NCBI GenBank assembly: GCA_965208835.1
Contig: OZ242358.1
Coordinates: 4,608,001-4,672,000, forward strand
DNA length: 64,000 nucleotides
Direction of reading: 5' to 3'
From: Candidatus Latescibacterota bacterium
GTDB lineage: Bacteria; Latescibacterota; UBA2968; GCA-2709665
The translations under genes and the position numbers were made by a program. The notes under the pieces were generated by a model. That model made no database searches and was not told the DNA's origin. It worked only from the letters and a program-made list of their open reading frames with translations. Numbering within the stretch: the first letter of the stretch is position 1; every line of letters begins with the position of its first letter. Positions 1 to 9,741 of this stretch are shown here, piece by piece.

Positions 1-9
1 TGCCTATAC

Positions 10-48
10 GGGTCCCTTTTCGCAGCGGAGAAGGGGCCTGTTTCGTTT
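10..48 (+). terminator. possible intrinsic terminator of an upstream gene
   Basis: Stem gggtcccttttc/gagaaggggcct (with G-U pairs) followed by gtttcgttt. Confidence 0.35.
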
Positions 49-79
49 CCAATCCGCGGGATTTCAGGTGGCTTGATCA

Positions 80-2275
80 ATGACAATTCCTATCGAAGGC
101 CAGGTCCGCGACGCGTCCTCGGACCGCGCAATTGAAAACGTCCCTGTCTCCAACGGGGAGCATGTGGTGCGGACGGATTCCGCCGGGCGCTACGCGCTGG
201 AGATCTCGCCGGGCGGGCACCGGTTCGTTTTCGTGACGGTTCCGGACGGCTTCCGGCCCGGTGAGGGATTCTATCGTTCCTCGATTGGATGGACCCGAGA
301 ACAGCTCGGCGTCGATTTCGAGCTCGCAAGGCTGCCGGATGGGTCCCGGCGCACGTTTTCGATGGCCCACATCAGCGATACCCACGTGGAACTGGACGAA
401 AGCCGGATTCAGGGCGAAATATTGTCGCAGGATCTGCGACAACTTGAACGGGAGGCCAACCCGGACCTGATGGTCGCCAGCGGGGACCTGACGGATTGGG
501 GGACGCTGGAGGAACTCGAGCAGTTTTGCGCTGCGATTGAAAGTGTTACGACGCCGGTGATGCCTATGTTCGGCGGGCACGACGGGAACCACGAGCGTTT
601 CGGCGATCTGACGGTCGAAGAGCTTGTCGCTTTGAAACACAGGAGGGAATACGCGAAGATCGAGGAGATCCTGAAGCAGCGCGAAGGTGAACGCTTCACG
701 CGCAACTATGAACAGATACTCGGCCCGCCGTATTACAGTTTCGATCGCGGGCGATGGCATTTCGTCCTCTATCCGAACGAGGATAATTTCTACCCGGCGC
801 GGGACCGGAAGCGTAAGGAAGACTGGCTGTGGGCCGACCTGTCGCAACAGCCGCGCGATCGCAAAATCGTCATCTTCCTTCACAAGCCGCCGTCCATACC
901 TTTCCTGAACGCTTTGAGCCGGTACCGGGTAGAGTTGGTCATGCATGGGCACTGGCACTCCAGCAAGGTGTTCACCCGGGACGGGATTGTCGTGGCGGCG
1001 GTACCCCCGCTCTGTTTCGGCGGCCTCGACATACGACCGCGGGGATATCGGCTCGTAGAATTTCGAGAGGAGGACTTCGAGTTCCGGCTCAAGGCCCTTG
1101 CACGGACCGCGAGCCCGCCGCCGCGCCGTGAAAACGAGTCGATCTCGCTCGATAAGGCGGGCGGTGGCCTGCGGCTGCTCTGGACGCATCGTCTTCCGGT
1201 GGGGCTGCACCGGGCGGCGCCGGTATGTTCCGGCGATCGGGTCCTCGCAAGCCTGGCGGACGAAGGCTATCCCGGTCAAAACGGCGTCGCGTGTATTGAC
1301 GCGCGAAGCGGCGCGCTATTGTGGCGCGCATCTACGGACACAGCCGTTAAGAACAGCGCGGCGATCACCCTCGCGTCAGGATTTGCGGATGGGACTGATT
1401 TATGCGTAGCGGTGTCCATTGCCGGTAGATTATATGCAATCGAAACACAGTCGGGACAGGTTCGCTGGAAGGCCGACCTTCCTGGCTTTCCGGAACGCTG
1501 GATCTATGCGTCTCCGGTCATTGCCGGCAAGACGGTTTACGCGGGCGGCAAAGCCGGTATGGGCGCCTACAACCTCGAAACCGGCGCGCAAGCGTGGTAC
1601 ACCGGAATTGAAGGCGGCGACGGTTGGCCGTGCTACGCGAGCCCGCGGGTCTTCGGCGACCTGCTCATTCTGCTTGTCCAGCGGAGGGGGTTGATGGCGT
1701 TGGACAGACGTAGCGGGAAGGTGGTCTGGGAACGGACCCTGGGCGTCGAGAATACCTACGCCCGGCCCGTGGTGGACGGCGGCCTCGTGGTCACCGGCAG
1801 CGGCGCCCCGGCGCTTCACTGGTTTGGGGGCGAGCCCGCGCAACTGGCGGTCCTTAGCGCCGGAACGGGCGAGGTGGTGTGGAACAGAGCCCTGCTTCCT
1901 TCGAGGTATCCCACCGGGCTCGCGGTGCGGGATGACCGGCTGTACGCGACCACGCCGGACGGCGAGGCATTCTGTTTGGATCTCCAATCGGGCGCGTTGT
2001 TGTGGCGCTTTCAAACGGGCGATGACCTGATTGACATGGTCCCGGCCCGCCGCGATGTCCGATCCATTCTCGCGCCGCCGGTCATCTATGGGGACTGTCT
2101 GCTCATCTGTGGCGGTGACGGCTGCCTTTACATCCTGAACGCGCGGACCGGCGCCTGCGTCAGCCGTACTGACCTGGGCTCCCCGATCGCGGCAGCGCCC
2201 TGCCTGACCGAAGACGGGTTCTGCGTGGGCGCATACGACGGGCAACTGTATTGCTTCGTTGAATCTGAGGAGTGA
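80..2275 (+). CDS. calcineurin-like metallophosphoesterase fused to a C-terminal PQQ-like beta-propeller
   Basis: N-terminal VSNG..RTDSAGRY..FVTVPDGF segment, motifs HISDTH, SGDLTD, GGHD and HGHWH; C-terminal repeats of the type ..D..SG.LLW. Confidence 0.8.
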   Translation: MTIPIEGQVRDASSDRAIENVPVSNGEHVVRTDSAGRYALEISPGGHRFVFVTVPDGFRPGEGFYRSSIGWTREQLGVDFELARLPDGSRRTFSMAHISDTHVELDESRIQGEILSQDLRQLEREANPDLMVASGDLTDWGTLEELEQFCAAIESVTTPVMPMFGGHDGNHERFGDLTVEELVALKHRREYAKIEEILKQREGERFTRNYEQILGPPYYSFDRGRWHFVLYPNEDNFYPARDRKRKEDWLWADLSQQPRDRKIVIFLHKPPSIPFLNALSRYRVELVMHGHWHSSKVFTRDGIVVAAVPPLCFGGLDIRPRGYRLVEFREEDFEFRLKALARTASPPPRRENESISLDKAGGGLRLLWTHRLPVGLHRAAPVCSGDRVLASLADEGYPGQNGVACIDARSGALLWRASTDTAVKNSAAITLASGFADGTDLCVAVSIAGRLYAIETQSGQVRWKADLPGFPERWIYASPVIAGKTVYAGGKAGMGAYNLETGAQAWYTGIEGGDGWPCYASPRVFGDLLILLVQRRGLMALDRRSGKVVWERTLGVENTYARPVVDGGLVVTGSGAPALHWFGGEPAQLAVLSAGTGEVVWNRALLPSRYPTGLAVRDDRLYATTPDGEAFCLDLQSGALLWRFQTGDDLIDMVPARRDVRSILAPPVIYGDCLLICGGDGCLYILNARTGACVSRTDLGSPIAAAPCLTEDGFCVGAYDGQLYCFVESEE

Positions 2276-2316
2276 GCGTCCTGCGGTCGCAAATTTCGTG
2301 ACATACGGGAGGTATC

Positions 2317-3318
2317 ATGGCATCGCCATTGCAATCACAACCCTGGGAAAGACCCGACACGCCCATATTCAGCAATGCTCCGCCGCCCCAGTCGTGGATG
2401 AAATGCAACATCTACTGCCCGCGCGTCATTTACGCGCAGGGCAAGTACCGAATGTGGTTTACCGGATCGGAGGTGCGGCCCACGCTGTACAAGACGTGTA
2501 TCGGATACGCGGAATCGGACGACGGCTTTGCATGGACCCTGCACCCGGACAATCCCATTCTGACGGCCGACCGGCTTTCATGGGGCCAGAGTCTGCATAC
2601 CCCCTGGGTGTTGTTCGACGAGGACGCGCAGGTTTACAGGATGTGGTTCGGAAGCACGACCCACGTGGAATACCAGGACGATGGTATCCTGGCGAAGAAC
2701 ATCAGTTCGGCCATGGGAAATGCGACCAGCCGCGACGGCATAGATTGGGAATTCCTGCAGGAACCCCTGATCCATGAATGCCGGGCGCCATGCGTACGCA
2801 GGGAAGGCGGCCGATATCGCATGTGGCTCAATGCCAGTCCAAACCCCGACGACTCCTGGGAAACGGCCTATGGCTTCGTGTATGAGTACACGTCGGAGGA
2901 TGGTATCGCGTGGCACCGGCTCGAACCGCATGCTATAGAGGCAACCGGAAACACGAGGTCCTGCGTCTATCCGGAGGTCCACAGGATCAACGGGACCTGG
3001 TACATGTGGCATATCGGCCATCTGAAAGAGAGGGATGATCCGATGAACATGGTCTACCACGAGATCTTCTGCGATACATCGGACGATGGCGTTACCTGGA
3101 CGCTGAACCACGAGACCCCCGCATTTGCCGCATCTCGCGACCTGGGACGTTTTGACTGGAAGACGGTCTCGACGCCATGCGTGGTGGACGCGGGAGATAC
3201 GTTGATGCTGTACTACGCGGGCTGTAATCTGAAGACGAATTTCAATCGGTTCGAGGGCGGAGACAACGGCGAGGGGATGCATATCGCCGTCGCGACCCTG
3301 CCCAAAGACAGGCTGTAA
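2317..3318 (+). CDS. five-bladed beta-propeller glycoside-hydrolase-like protein (GH32/43/130-type fold)
   Basis: Repeated blades P.V....YRMW....(A/T)S.DG..W; RBS ggagg before ATG; no signal peptide. Confidence 0.65.
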   Translation: MASPLQSQPWERPDTPIFSNAPPPQSWMKCNIYCPRVIYAQGKYRMWFTGSEVRPTLYKTCIGYAESDDGFAWTLHPDNPILTADRLSWGQSLHTPWVLFDEDAQVYRMWFGSTTHVEYQDDGILAKNISSAMGNATSRDGIDWEFLQEPLIHECRAPCVRREGGRYRMWLNASPNPDDSWETAYGFVYEYTSEDGIAWHRLEPHAIEATGNTRSCVYPEVHRINGTWYMWHIGHLKERDDPMNMVYHEIFCDTSDDGVTWTLNHETPAFAASRDLGRFDWKTVSTPCVVDAGDTLMLYYAGCNLKTNFNRFEGGDNGEGMHIAVATLPKDRL

Positions 3319-3377
3319 TTCCAGCGTCTCTGGCATTGGCCCGGTTGAAAATTCGAGGTGGCGCAACAGGAGCCGGA

Positions 3378-4265
3378 ATGCAACGCGCGTACGACCTGAC
3401 ATTGGAAGTTCTGGATTCAGACGAGATCTTTCACGTGCCCGACCGGAAGAGCCGGAAGAAATGGAACGGCCCCTGGTGGCATATGGCCGCATTGTACGAG
3501 ATGGGAGAATCCGGACGAATCCCGGAGCTGGCTGTCGCCAGGGCGCTGAAACTGCTCAAAGACGGCGCATGGCCCAGGTTTGTTGTCGATCCGGCTGATG
3601 CACCGCAAACGGATTCCGACCGGGCGAAAATGGACTGTTGTCACTGTGAGTTGGGCGTTTTCTATATGATACTCGCGTCATGTGGCTGCGACGTGGATGT
3701 CGAACTCCCCTGGATTCGGGAGTGGTTCCTGAAACACCAGTTGCCGGACGGCGGCTTGAACTGCTCGCCGGCTGCCTGTCGCGGGTCGGGAAAGAGCTCA
3801 ATCGTATCCACACTGCCTCCGCTGGAAGCGATTCTGTTTTTCACCAGCCGGAACTATACGGATGCCGAACAGAGATTCCTGGACGAGGGCGCGCGCTATC
3901 TCATCGAACATCGACTGGTCTGCTCCAGGCAAGATGGCCGCGTCATCAACGGAGCCTGGCTGAAGCCGCTGTTTCCCCGCTACTTCGAATATGACATCCT
4001 GCGGGGGATGTACTTCCTGGTGGAATGGTCCGGACGTTCCGGGCGGCCGCTCCCGGTTGAAGTGATCAGGAATGGCCTCGACCTGCTCCGTTCACACATC
4101 GGCCCGGACGGCGTTACGATCGGAAGACGCGTGAACGATCGGAGCGGAGGCTGGCACGGCCCCACGTTCCCGCTGATGGACTCGGTGGGTATGGTCGGCA
4201 ACGTATCGCAGCACCTGACACATCAACTGAACGCCGTGCTGCGGGCGGTTCACATGAAGCTATAA
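3378..4265 (+). CDS. prenyltransferase/squalene-cyclase-repeat (alpha/alpha) protein
   Basis: QLPDGGLNC QW-like motif, KWNGPWWH, FPRYFEYDILRG; ATG 3378 has RBS aggag (ORF track starts at 3336). Confidence 0.55.
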   Translation: MQRAYDLTLEVLDSDEIFHVPDRKSRKKWNGPWWHMAALYEMGESGRIPELAVARALKLLKDGAWPRFVVDPADAPQTDSDRAKMDCCHCELGVFYMILASCGCDVDVELPWIREWFLKHQLPDGGLNCSPAACRGSGKSSIVSTLPPLEAILFFTSRNYTDAEQRFLDEGARYLIEHRLVCSRQDGRVINGAWLKPLFPRYFEYDILRGMYFLVEWSGRSGRPLPVEVIRNGLDLLRSHIGPDGVTIGRRVNDRSGGWHGPTFPLMDSVGMVGNVSQHLTHQLNAVLRAVHMKL

Positions 4266-4299
4266 GCTATCAGTTCTCAGCCGTCAGCCAAAAGCAAAA
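4258..4299. repeat. degenerate 7-bp tandem repeat (six units)
   Basis: agctata-agctatc-agttctc-agccgtc-agccaaa-agcaaaa. Confidence 0.4.
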
Positions 4300-4351
4300 G
4301 GCGAAAACCGTATCAACAGCGCTATCATGTGGACAACCGCGACGAGCGCAA

Positions 4352-4454
4352 ACCTCTTCCCCGGACCCTCTCCTGAAGGAAAGGGGAGAAAAGCGAAGTA
4401 TCTTTAAGAGATGACAATTCTCCCTTCCTTCAGGAAGGGGGTCAGGGGGTAGGT
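4352..4454. repeat. REP/BIME-like imperfect inverted repeat
   Basis: Arm acctcttccccggaccctctcctgaaggaaaggggagaa pairs imperfectly with arm ttctcccttccttcaggaagggggtcagggggtaggt. Confidence 0.55.
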
Positions 4455-4535
4455 CTCGCCATATGGCGCAAATGCCTCCTTGGGCGCCCGGAACGGAGTT
4501 CCGAAAGGCCGAGTCGAGAATCGAGGATCCATCCC

Positions 4536-4892
4536 ATGTTGGCAACGCGATATATTTACTTCACGGATAATGTTGAACGCATGGTTTCGTTCTACCGGGA
4601 CATAATGCGAATGAAGGTCCTGATGCCGCCGGAAGCGACGGACCACGACCCCGGAGGATGGGTCAGATTGTCCAGCGGAGGGGTGGAGGTTGCCATCCAT
4701 CGCGCGGGAAAACCCGGTTGCCCCGGGCGGAATCGGAACAAGCTCGTTTTCGTTGTCGACGACGTCGGTGCGGCGCGCGAGGAACTTCGAAAAGCTGGCG
4801 TAAGAATGGGAAAACATCACATCCTGTCGAGATTCGAGTGCTGCGACTTTAAGGACCCCGATGGAAACACGCTGCAGATTTCGAATCGGTAA
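4536..4892 (+). CDS. VOC/glyoxalase family protein
   Basis: FYRDIM...LVFVVDDV...FKDPDGNTLQI pattern, 118 aa. Confidence 0.85.
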   Translation: MLATRYIYFTDNVERMVSFYRDIMRMKVLMPPEATDHDPGGWVRLSSGGVEVAIHRAGKPGCPGRNRNKLVFVVDDVGAAREELRKAGVRMGKHHILSRFECCDFKDPDGNTLQISNR

Positions 4893-4930
4893 TACCCGTT
4901 GGTCGGCTTTTTTCAAGGGGACAGGAGGAT

Positions 4931-5350
4931 ATGATGAACGTCAGCGAAGTCGTACCCTTTTTCGCGGTGAAAGACATGCGGAAGTCATTGGCGTTCTACG
5001 TCGACGGGCTGGGCTTCGAGATGGAGGGCAAGTGGGTGGACGAAGGCGTTATCAGGTGGTGCATGTTGCGCATCGGTAATGCGGCGGTGATGCTCCAGGA
5101 ATTCAGGACCGAAGGATACGATTCACGGCAATTCAGCGAGAACAAGGGCGAAGGCGTCTCCCTGTTTTTCTTCTGCGACGATGCGGTCGAATTCTACCGG
5201 GATGTCCGGTCACGGGGGATAGACGCCTCTGAGCCGGTTGTGGGCAACCGGATGTGGGTCACGTCCATTGCAGACCCCGACGGGTACAATCTGTCCTTTG
5301 AGAGCCCCACGGACGTCCCGGAGGAAACGAGACTGTCGGAAGTGGACTAA
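4931..5350 (+). CDS. VOC family (bleomycin-resistance-like) protein
   Basis: V.DMRKSLAFYVDGLGF...ADPDGYNLSF; RBS aggagg. Confidence 0.85.
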   Translation: MMNVSEVVPFFAVKDMRKSLAFYVDGLGFEMEGKWVDEGVIRWCMLRIGNAAVMLQEFRTEGYDSRQFSENKGEGVSLFFFCDDAVEFYRDVRSRGIDASEPVVGNRMWVTSIADPDGYNLSFESPTDVPEETRLSEVD

Positions 5351-5432
5351 ATGCAACCGGGGTTCCAATCCAGGATTGTAGTCGAAGTCGTTACCTACCG
5401 AAACATAGCCGTGTGAACAGGAGAATCGCCGG

Positions 5433-6671
5433 ATGACCGACGCCGAACTCGAAGCCAAGGCAAAACGGATCCAGGCTGTCGTCGAGGACCATCTGGTGCA
5501 GGATCACGGCATGCTGCCCATGCTGGTGCGTGCCGAAGATTATCAACTGCCGTCGGCCGATGACTACCGCGGGGCGTACCGCCATCGGCACCTCCAGGGA
5601 AAGACGGAGGCCGAGATCGGAATGCCACCGATGCACGTCTGGCGGGCCTGGGAGAACACGCCCACGGACACGGCATGGTATCTCGGCGCCATGAGTTACC
5701 GGTACCGGTGCGATGGCGATTCCAGCGTCCTGGCAATCTGCCGGCGCACGTTCGGGGCGCTCAGGTATATCCATGGGCTCGGGGTGGAGAAGGGCGAGCG
5801 AGGATACATGTGCAAGCCCTACGGCGGCGTGTACAGCAAGCAGTCGTCCGGCGACCAGGTGCAGTGCATCCTGGTCGGGCTGGCGGCGTATCGTCCCATT
5901 GCGCCGCCGGAGGATCTCGCCGCCATCGACGAAATCCTCGTGGACATGGCCGAATTCGACATCAAGTGGAACTATGTCTCTCCGCACGGCTACTTCGGAT
6001 ACACACATGAGTCGCTTGTTGAAACCATTCTTGGCGAGAACTGGATCAATGCCACGTGGTCCTATGCCATCATCCATACGCCGCTGCTCTATCTGGCCTG
6101 GCGGGCTACCGGAGACCCGCGATATCTCCGGGAGATCGGGAGATGGTACGAAGCCTGCGATACGAGCGTCCGGTTCGAGCGCCCCAGTGGAAAGCTGACC
6201 GGCGGAATCGGCTGGCGCGCGCTGTACCTTCCGGCGCTGCTGATGGAGTTCGACCCGGCGAACCACGAGTTGTGGCGCGGCCTGATGCTGCAGAACCACG
6301 ATATGGTTCGATCCGGCATTCTGCCCAACGGGGCGCAGGCTTACCAGTGGACCTTCGACGTGGAAAGCGGCGAACGGGAAATCCTCCCGGCAACATTGTG
6401 GGGCGCGGGCCCGGCCGCGACCGGCAGGTCGGGCATCTTCGCCAGGGCCTGCGTCGCCGCGCAGCCCTGGTTCCCCGACGAAGACATGGCGTCCACCGCG
6501 AAACATATCCTCCACACCCTCGATATGGATACGTTCCGGTTCATCATGCCTATGGAAGAAGGGCAGCCTGTACCGCCGGAGTGGATGGTGGAGACCCGGC
6601 TGCTGGATATGGACAGCCTGACCGGATGGCTGTGGGGATACTGGGAGGGCCGGTGGCGCGGATACTGGTAG
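5433..6671 (+). CDS. hypothetical protein, possibly an (alpha/alpha)6-barrel carbohydrate-active enzyme
   Basis: 412-aa ORF with RBS aggag, aromatic-rich helical repeats, WEN and SGDQ motifs; fold is a guess. Confidence 0.55.
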   Translation: MTDAELEAKAKRIQAVVEDHLVQDHGMLPMLVRAEDYQLPSADDYRGAYRHRHLQGKTEAEIGMPPMHVWRAWENTPTDTAWYLGAMSYRYRCDGDSSVLAICRRTFGALRYIHGLGVEKGERGYMCKPYGGVYSKQSSGDQVQCILVGLAAYRPIAPPEDLAAIDEILVDMAEFDIKWNYVSPHGYFGYTHESLVETILGENWINATWSYAIIHTPLLYLAWRATGDPRYLREIGRWYEACDTSVRFERPSGKLTGGIGWRALYLPALLMEFDPANHELWRGLMLQNHDMVRSGILPNGAQAYQWTFDVESGEREILPATLWGAGPAATGRSGIFARACVAAQPWFPDEDMASTAKHILHTLDMDTFRFIMPMEEGQPVPPEWMVETRLLDMDSLTGWLWGYWEGRWRGYW

Positions 6672-6767
6672 GCGCGTGGGAAGGTCCACCCGCCCGCGAA
6701 GGAATTCGGAAGGTCCAGCGGGCGGTCTATGGGAGTCACATCGTCAGGACATGCAAGGGAGGATCGG

Positions 6768-8870
6768 ATGAATCGTCGGAAGATACAGCGGATCGCTTTC
6801 CTGCAGGACTATCGGAACCGCCCGGAATCCCTTGTGGACGAGATTCCGGAAGTAGCGGAGCTGGGCTACCACGAGGTTAATCTGGCGGCCGTAATCGGCC
6901 ACGAAGCAGCCGTAGAAGCGGTGGCCGGGAGAGCAGCGGAATACGGCCTCGAGGTCTCCACGTTCACAGGATTCATGAAATACGCGTACCAGCACCTGGC
7001 CGAGCACCCCGAACAGAAGGCCGTTTTCAGCAAGGATGCGGACCACGAGGAACTGGGTAACCTGCCGGCCGTATGGGGATGTCCGTACAACCAGGTGTTT
7101 CAGAAGCGATATATGGACTTTCTGGAACGATTGGGCGGTATTCCGAATCTCACGGAAGTCTGGGTCAACGACGAAGCGTATTTGGGCAGAGACGTGGATC
7201 TGATCGCGTGCTATTGCCGAACCTGCCAGGAAGACTGGGACGGCAAATTCGGCGGGAGGATCCCCATGCCGCCGTTCAGGAACCTGGATGAAAAGACGCG
7301 TCTGGTTACCTGGCGGTTCAGGCGCTGGAACGAAGTGCATGGAAAGATGAAGACAGCCCTGAACCGGGATCACAGGGTCCGCGCGGTATTTCAGAGCGGC
7401 CCGCATCCCTTCTGGGACATCAACCCATGGGTCTGCGGCATGGACATCGACGGCATGGTCGAAGCCATAGACGGTCTGGCCGTGGATGCCTACTACACGT
7501 GCGTGTTGCCGTCCGTGGGAAGCGGGTTGTTTACACCTCCCGAAACTTTCCTTAGCGAGTGCTGCCGTTTCCTTCAGGGCTTCACGCTGGGAGATGACAA
7601 GGTGAGCGTGATGCTGGGGCAGGGCATGTCGCACCCGGAGTTCCACCGGCCTCTGGACGAACGGGACGGATGGTGGCAGGCCGTGGTCCCGCCGGCTCTG
7701 GGCGTGGATCGCGTGACGGCCTATACCTACCGGCTCCAGCGGGTGTCACCGATGCACCGGACCTTTCAGGAGGCGTTTCGCCTGGACCCGTACTTCGAGC
7801 GCACCGAACCCGTGGTCTCCGTTGCCGTGGTGGACAGCCTGGAAACGCAGTGTTGCGACGAGTCGCTGCCCGCACGGGGCCGCGAGAACTGGCGCATGAG
7901 TCGAATGTTTTCCACGGGACAGATGGCCGCTCACTTCGGTCTTTCACACGGGTATCTGCCTTCGTCGAAGCTCGTTCCCGAGTACCTCGATCGCTATCCT
8001 GTTGTGGTGCTGCCCAATGCCTCGTGTCTGCCAGCCGGCCAGCGTGACGCGCTCCTGGCGTACGTGCGCGAAGGCGGTACGTTGGTGGCGATGGGAGAGA
8101 CGGCCACGAGGGACGGGATGGGTCGCCCGCTCAACGGGTCATTTCTCTGCGAGGCATTCGGGATTTCGTCGTGTACACCGGCAGGAGGTACCCGCGTCTT
8201 CCAGGCTGCCGCCGACCACGAGGCGTTCGACAACCTCCCGTGGCCGGATGAACGAACCGCGTGGGATCCCTGGAAAGGCAGGAACCGCCCGGTTCTCGGA
8301 CTGGATCTCGCGGTAGAGGTAGAAACGGAGAGTGAGACGGACGTGCTGGCGGTGTTCGAGGAAGAGGGGTCCCCGACGTCACGACCGGCTATGACGTTGA
8401 AACGCTTCGGAAGGGGTAACGGCGTGTTCGTGGCGGGCATCCCGTCCAGGTGGGTGGACCAGAGGCCGGAGGGTACCACCGTCCTCAGCTTTTCCCGCCA
8501 GGTGGTGGCGCAATTGATTCTTTCGCTTGTGGGAGACCGGCTGCCCGTGGTCGCAAAGGGCTTTCCGCCGAGGGTGCCGCTGCAGGATGTCAGACCGCTG
8601 GACATCCGCTGGAAGCCGACCATGGAGATCATGCCTTCGGCGGGCGAGGACCTGATCCTGGTGACGGTGCCGTCATATTTCAGGGAACCCGGCGCATTCC
8701 GGATCGAAGCCAGGCTGCCGGAAGGCAAACGATGCGCCGGGGTTCGCGAACTGGTGTCGGATCAACCGCTGGAGGACGTCAGAAAGCACGGAAAGGCGGT
8801 GGAAATTGACGTCAATCTGACCACCGAGGACTTCCTTAAGGTGTACGCCTTTTCCCTGGCGTCGGTGTGA
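6768..8870 (+). CDS. GH42-like TIM-barrel glycoside hydrolase with a trimerisation (GATase-like) domain
   Basis: VNDE acid/base-like motif, CYCRTC Zn-type motif, YPVVVLPNASCL..LLAYVREGGTLV domain; ATG 6768 with RBS ggagg. Confidence 0.65.
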   Translation: MNRRKIQRIAFLQDYRNRPESLVDEIPEVAELGYHEVNLAAVIGHEAAVEAVAGRAAEYGLEVSTFTGFMKYAYQHLAEHPEQKAVFSKDADHEELGNLPAVWGCPYNQVFQKRYMDFLERLGGIPNLTEVWVNDEAYLGRDVDLIACYCRTCQEDWDGKFGGRIPMPPFRNLDEKTRLVTWRFRRWNEVHGKMKTALNRDHRVRAVFQSGPHPFWDINPWVCGMDIDGMVEAIDGLAVDAYYTCVLPSVGSGLFTPPETFLSECCRFLQGFTLGDDKVSVMLGQGMSHPEFHRPLDERDGWWQAVVPPALGVDRVTAYTYRLQRVSPMHRTFQEAFRLDPYFERTEPVVSVAVVDSLETQCCDESLPARGRENWRMSRMFSTGQMAAHFGLSHGYLPSSKLVPEYLDRYPVVVLPNASCLPAGQRDALLAYVREGGTLVAMGETATRDGMGRPLNGSFLCEAFGISSCTPAGGTRVFQAAADHEAFDNLPWPDERTAWDPWKGRNRPVLGLDLAVEVETESETDVLAVFEEEGSPTSRPAMTLKRFGRGNGVFVAGIPSRWVDQRPEGTTVLSFSRQVVAQLILSLVGDRLPVVAKGFPPRVPLQDVRPLDIRWKPTMEIMPSAGEDLILVTVPSYFREPGAFRIEARLPEGKRCAGVRELVSDQPLEDVRKHGKAVEIDVNLTTEDFLKVYAFSLASV

Positions 8871-8918
8871 TCGGCCGGCCGTCTCGGCGGCGGCAAATGG
8901 GGAAATTCTCCACGGACA

Positions 8919-9353
8919 TCAGGAACGATCGAGTCGCGACCTGATACAGGCGTCCACGCCGTATTTCCCCGAGCCCGCCAGCAGGAACATCACGGCGATG
9001 GCCAGGTAAAGAAGCGCCATTTCCTTCACGCCGAACGGATCGGCCGCGTGAACGCCGAATGCGGCCACCAGCATCGTGAATCCCATCAAAGCCGTGCCCG
9101 GCCGGGTCAGCAGACCCAGCGCCAGCATCAACCCGCCCCCGAACTCCCCGAACGCGGCCGCCCAGGCGAAGAACTCGGGCAGGGGAAACCCCAATTTTGC
9201 CGTACCGGCCACCAATCCGCCGGACGGCGGGATCTTCCCGATGCCGTGTCCGAATGCCATGCTCAGCCCGGCGATCACCCTCAGAATCGCCAATCCCAGA
9301 TTTGCCTTATCGGAATCAATTTCCGCGCCGCCGAATAAAAGCTCCTTGTACAT
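8919..9353 (-). CDS. DoxX family membrane protein
   Basis: LRVIAGL..HG..K, EFGGGLMLALGLLTR, H..D, E.ALLY, GSGKYGVD. Confidence 0.9.
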   Translation of the reverse strand: MYKELLFGGAEIDSDKANLGLAILRVIAGLSMAFGHGIGKIPPSGGLVAGTAKLGFPLPEFFAWAAAFGEFGGGLMLALGLLTRPGTALMGFTMLVAAFGVHAADPFGVKEMALLYLAIAVMFLLAGSGKYGVDACIRSRLDRS

Positions 9354-9741
9354 ACGTCTTCTCCCTGTAGTGAAGTGGAGTTGCTGCGCTACGGTCCTTA
9401 TTGTCGTGGAACGACTACCGGCCTCCTGACCGATCCTGTTGCTCTATCCGCCCCATAAGGTTACCTTACATTCAACACAATCTCTCTCGCTGAAGACGTG
9501 CATCAGAACCGGCTCGGCCGATATTCGGCTCGCGGTCGCTGTTTCGACCGCAGTGCCGAATCTCTCCGCCGCGAATCCCGGCGAATTCAATTGCATCGGC
9601 GCCAGGTACCCCGATCGATATCCGGCATCCCTCCCGTTTCCAGTATAGTTTATTGACGACTGAAAATCAAGATTCCTCCTGTTCCAATCTCGCGCCTGAC
9701 ATGACCCGCGGCTGTTTTTCAGCATGAAAGGAGTCGTACGC

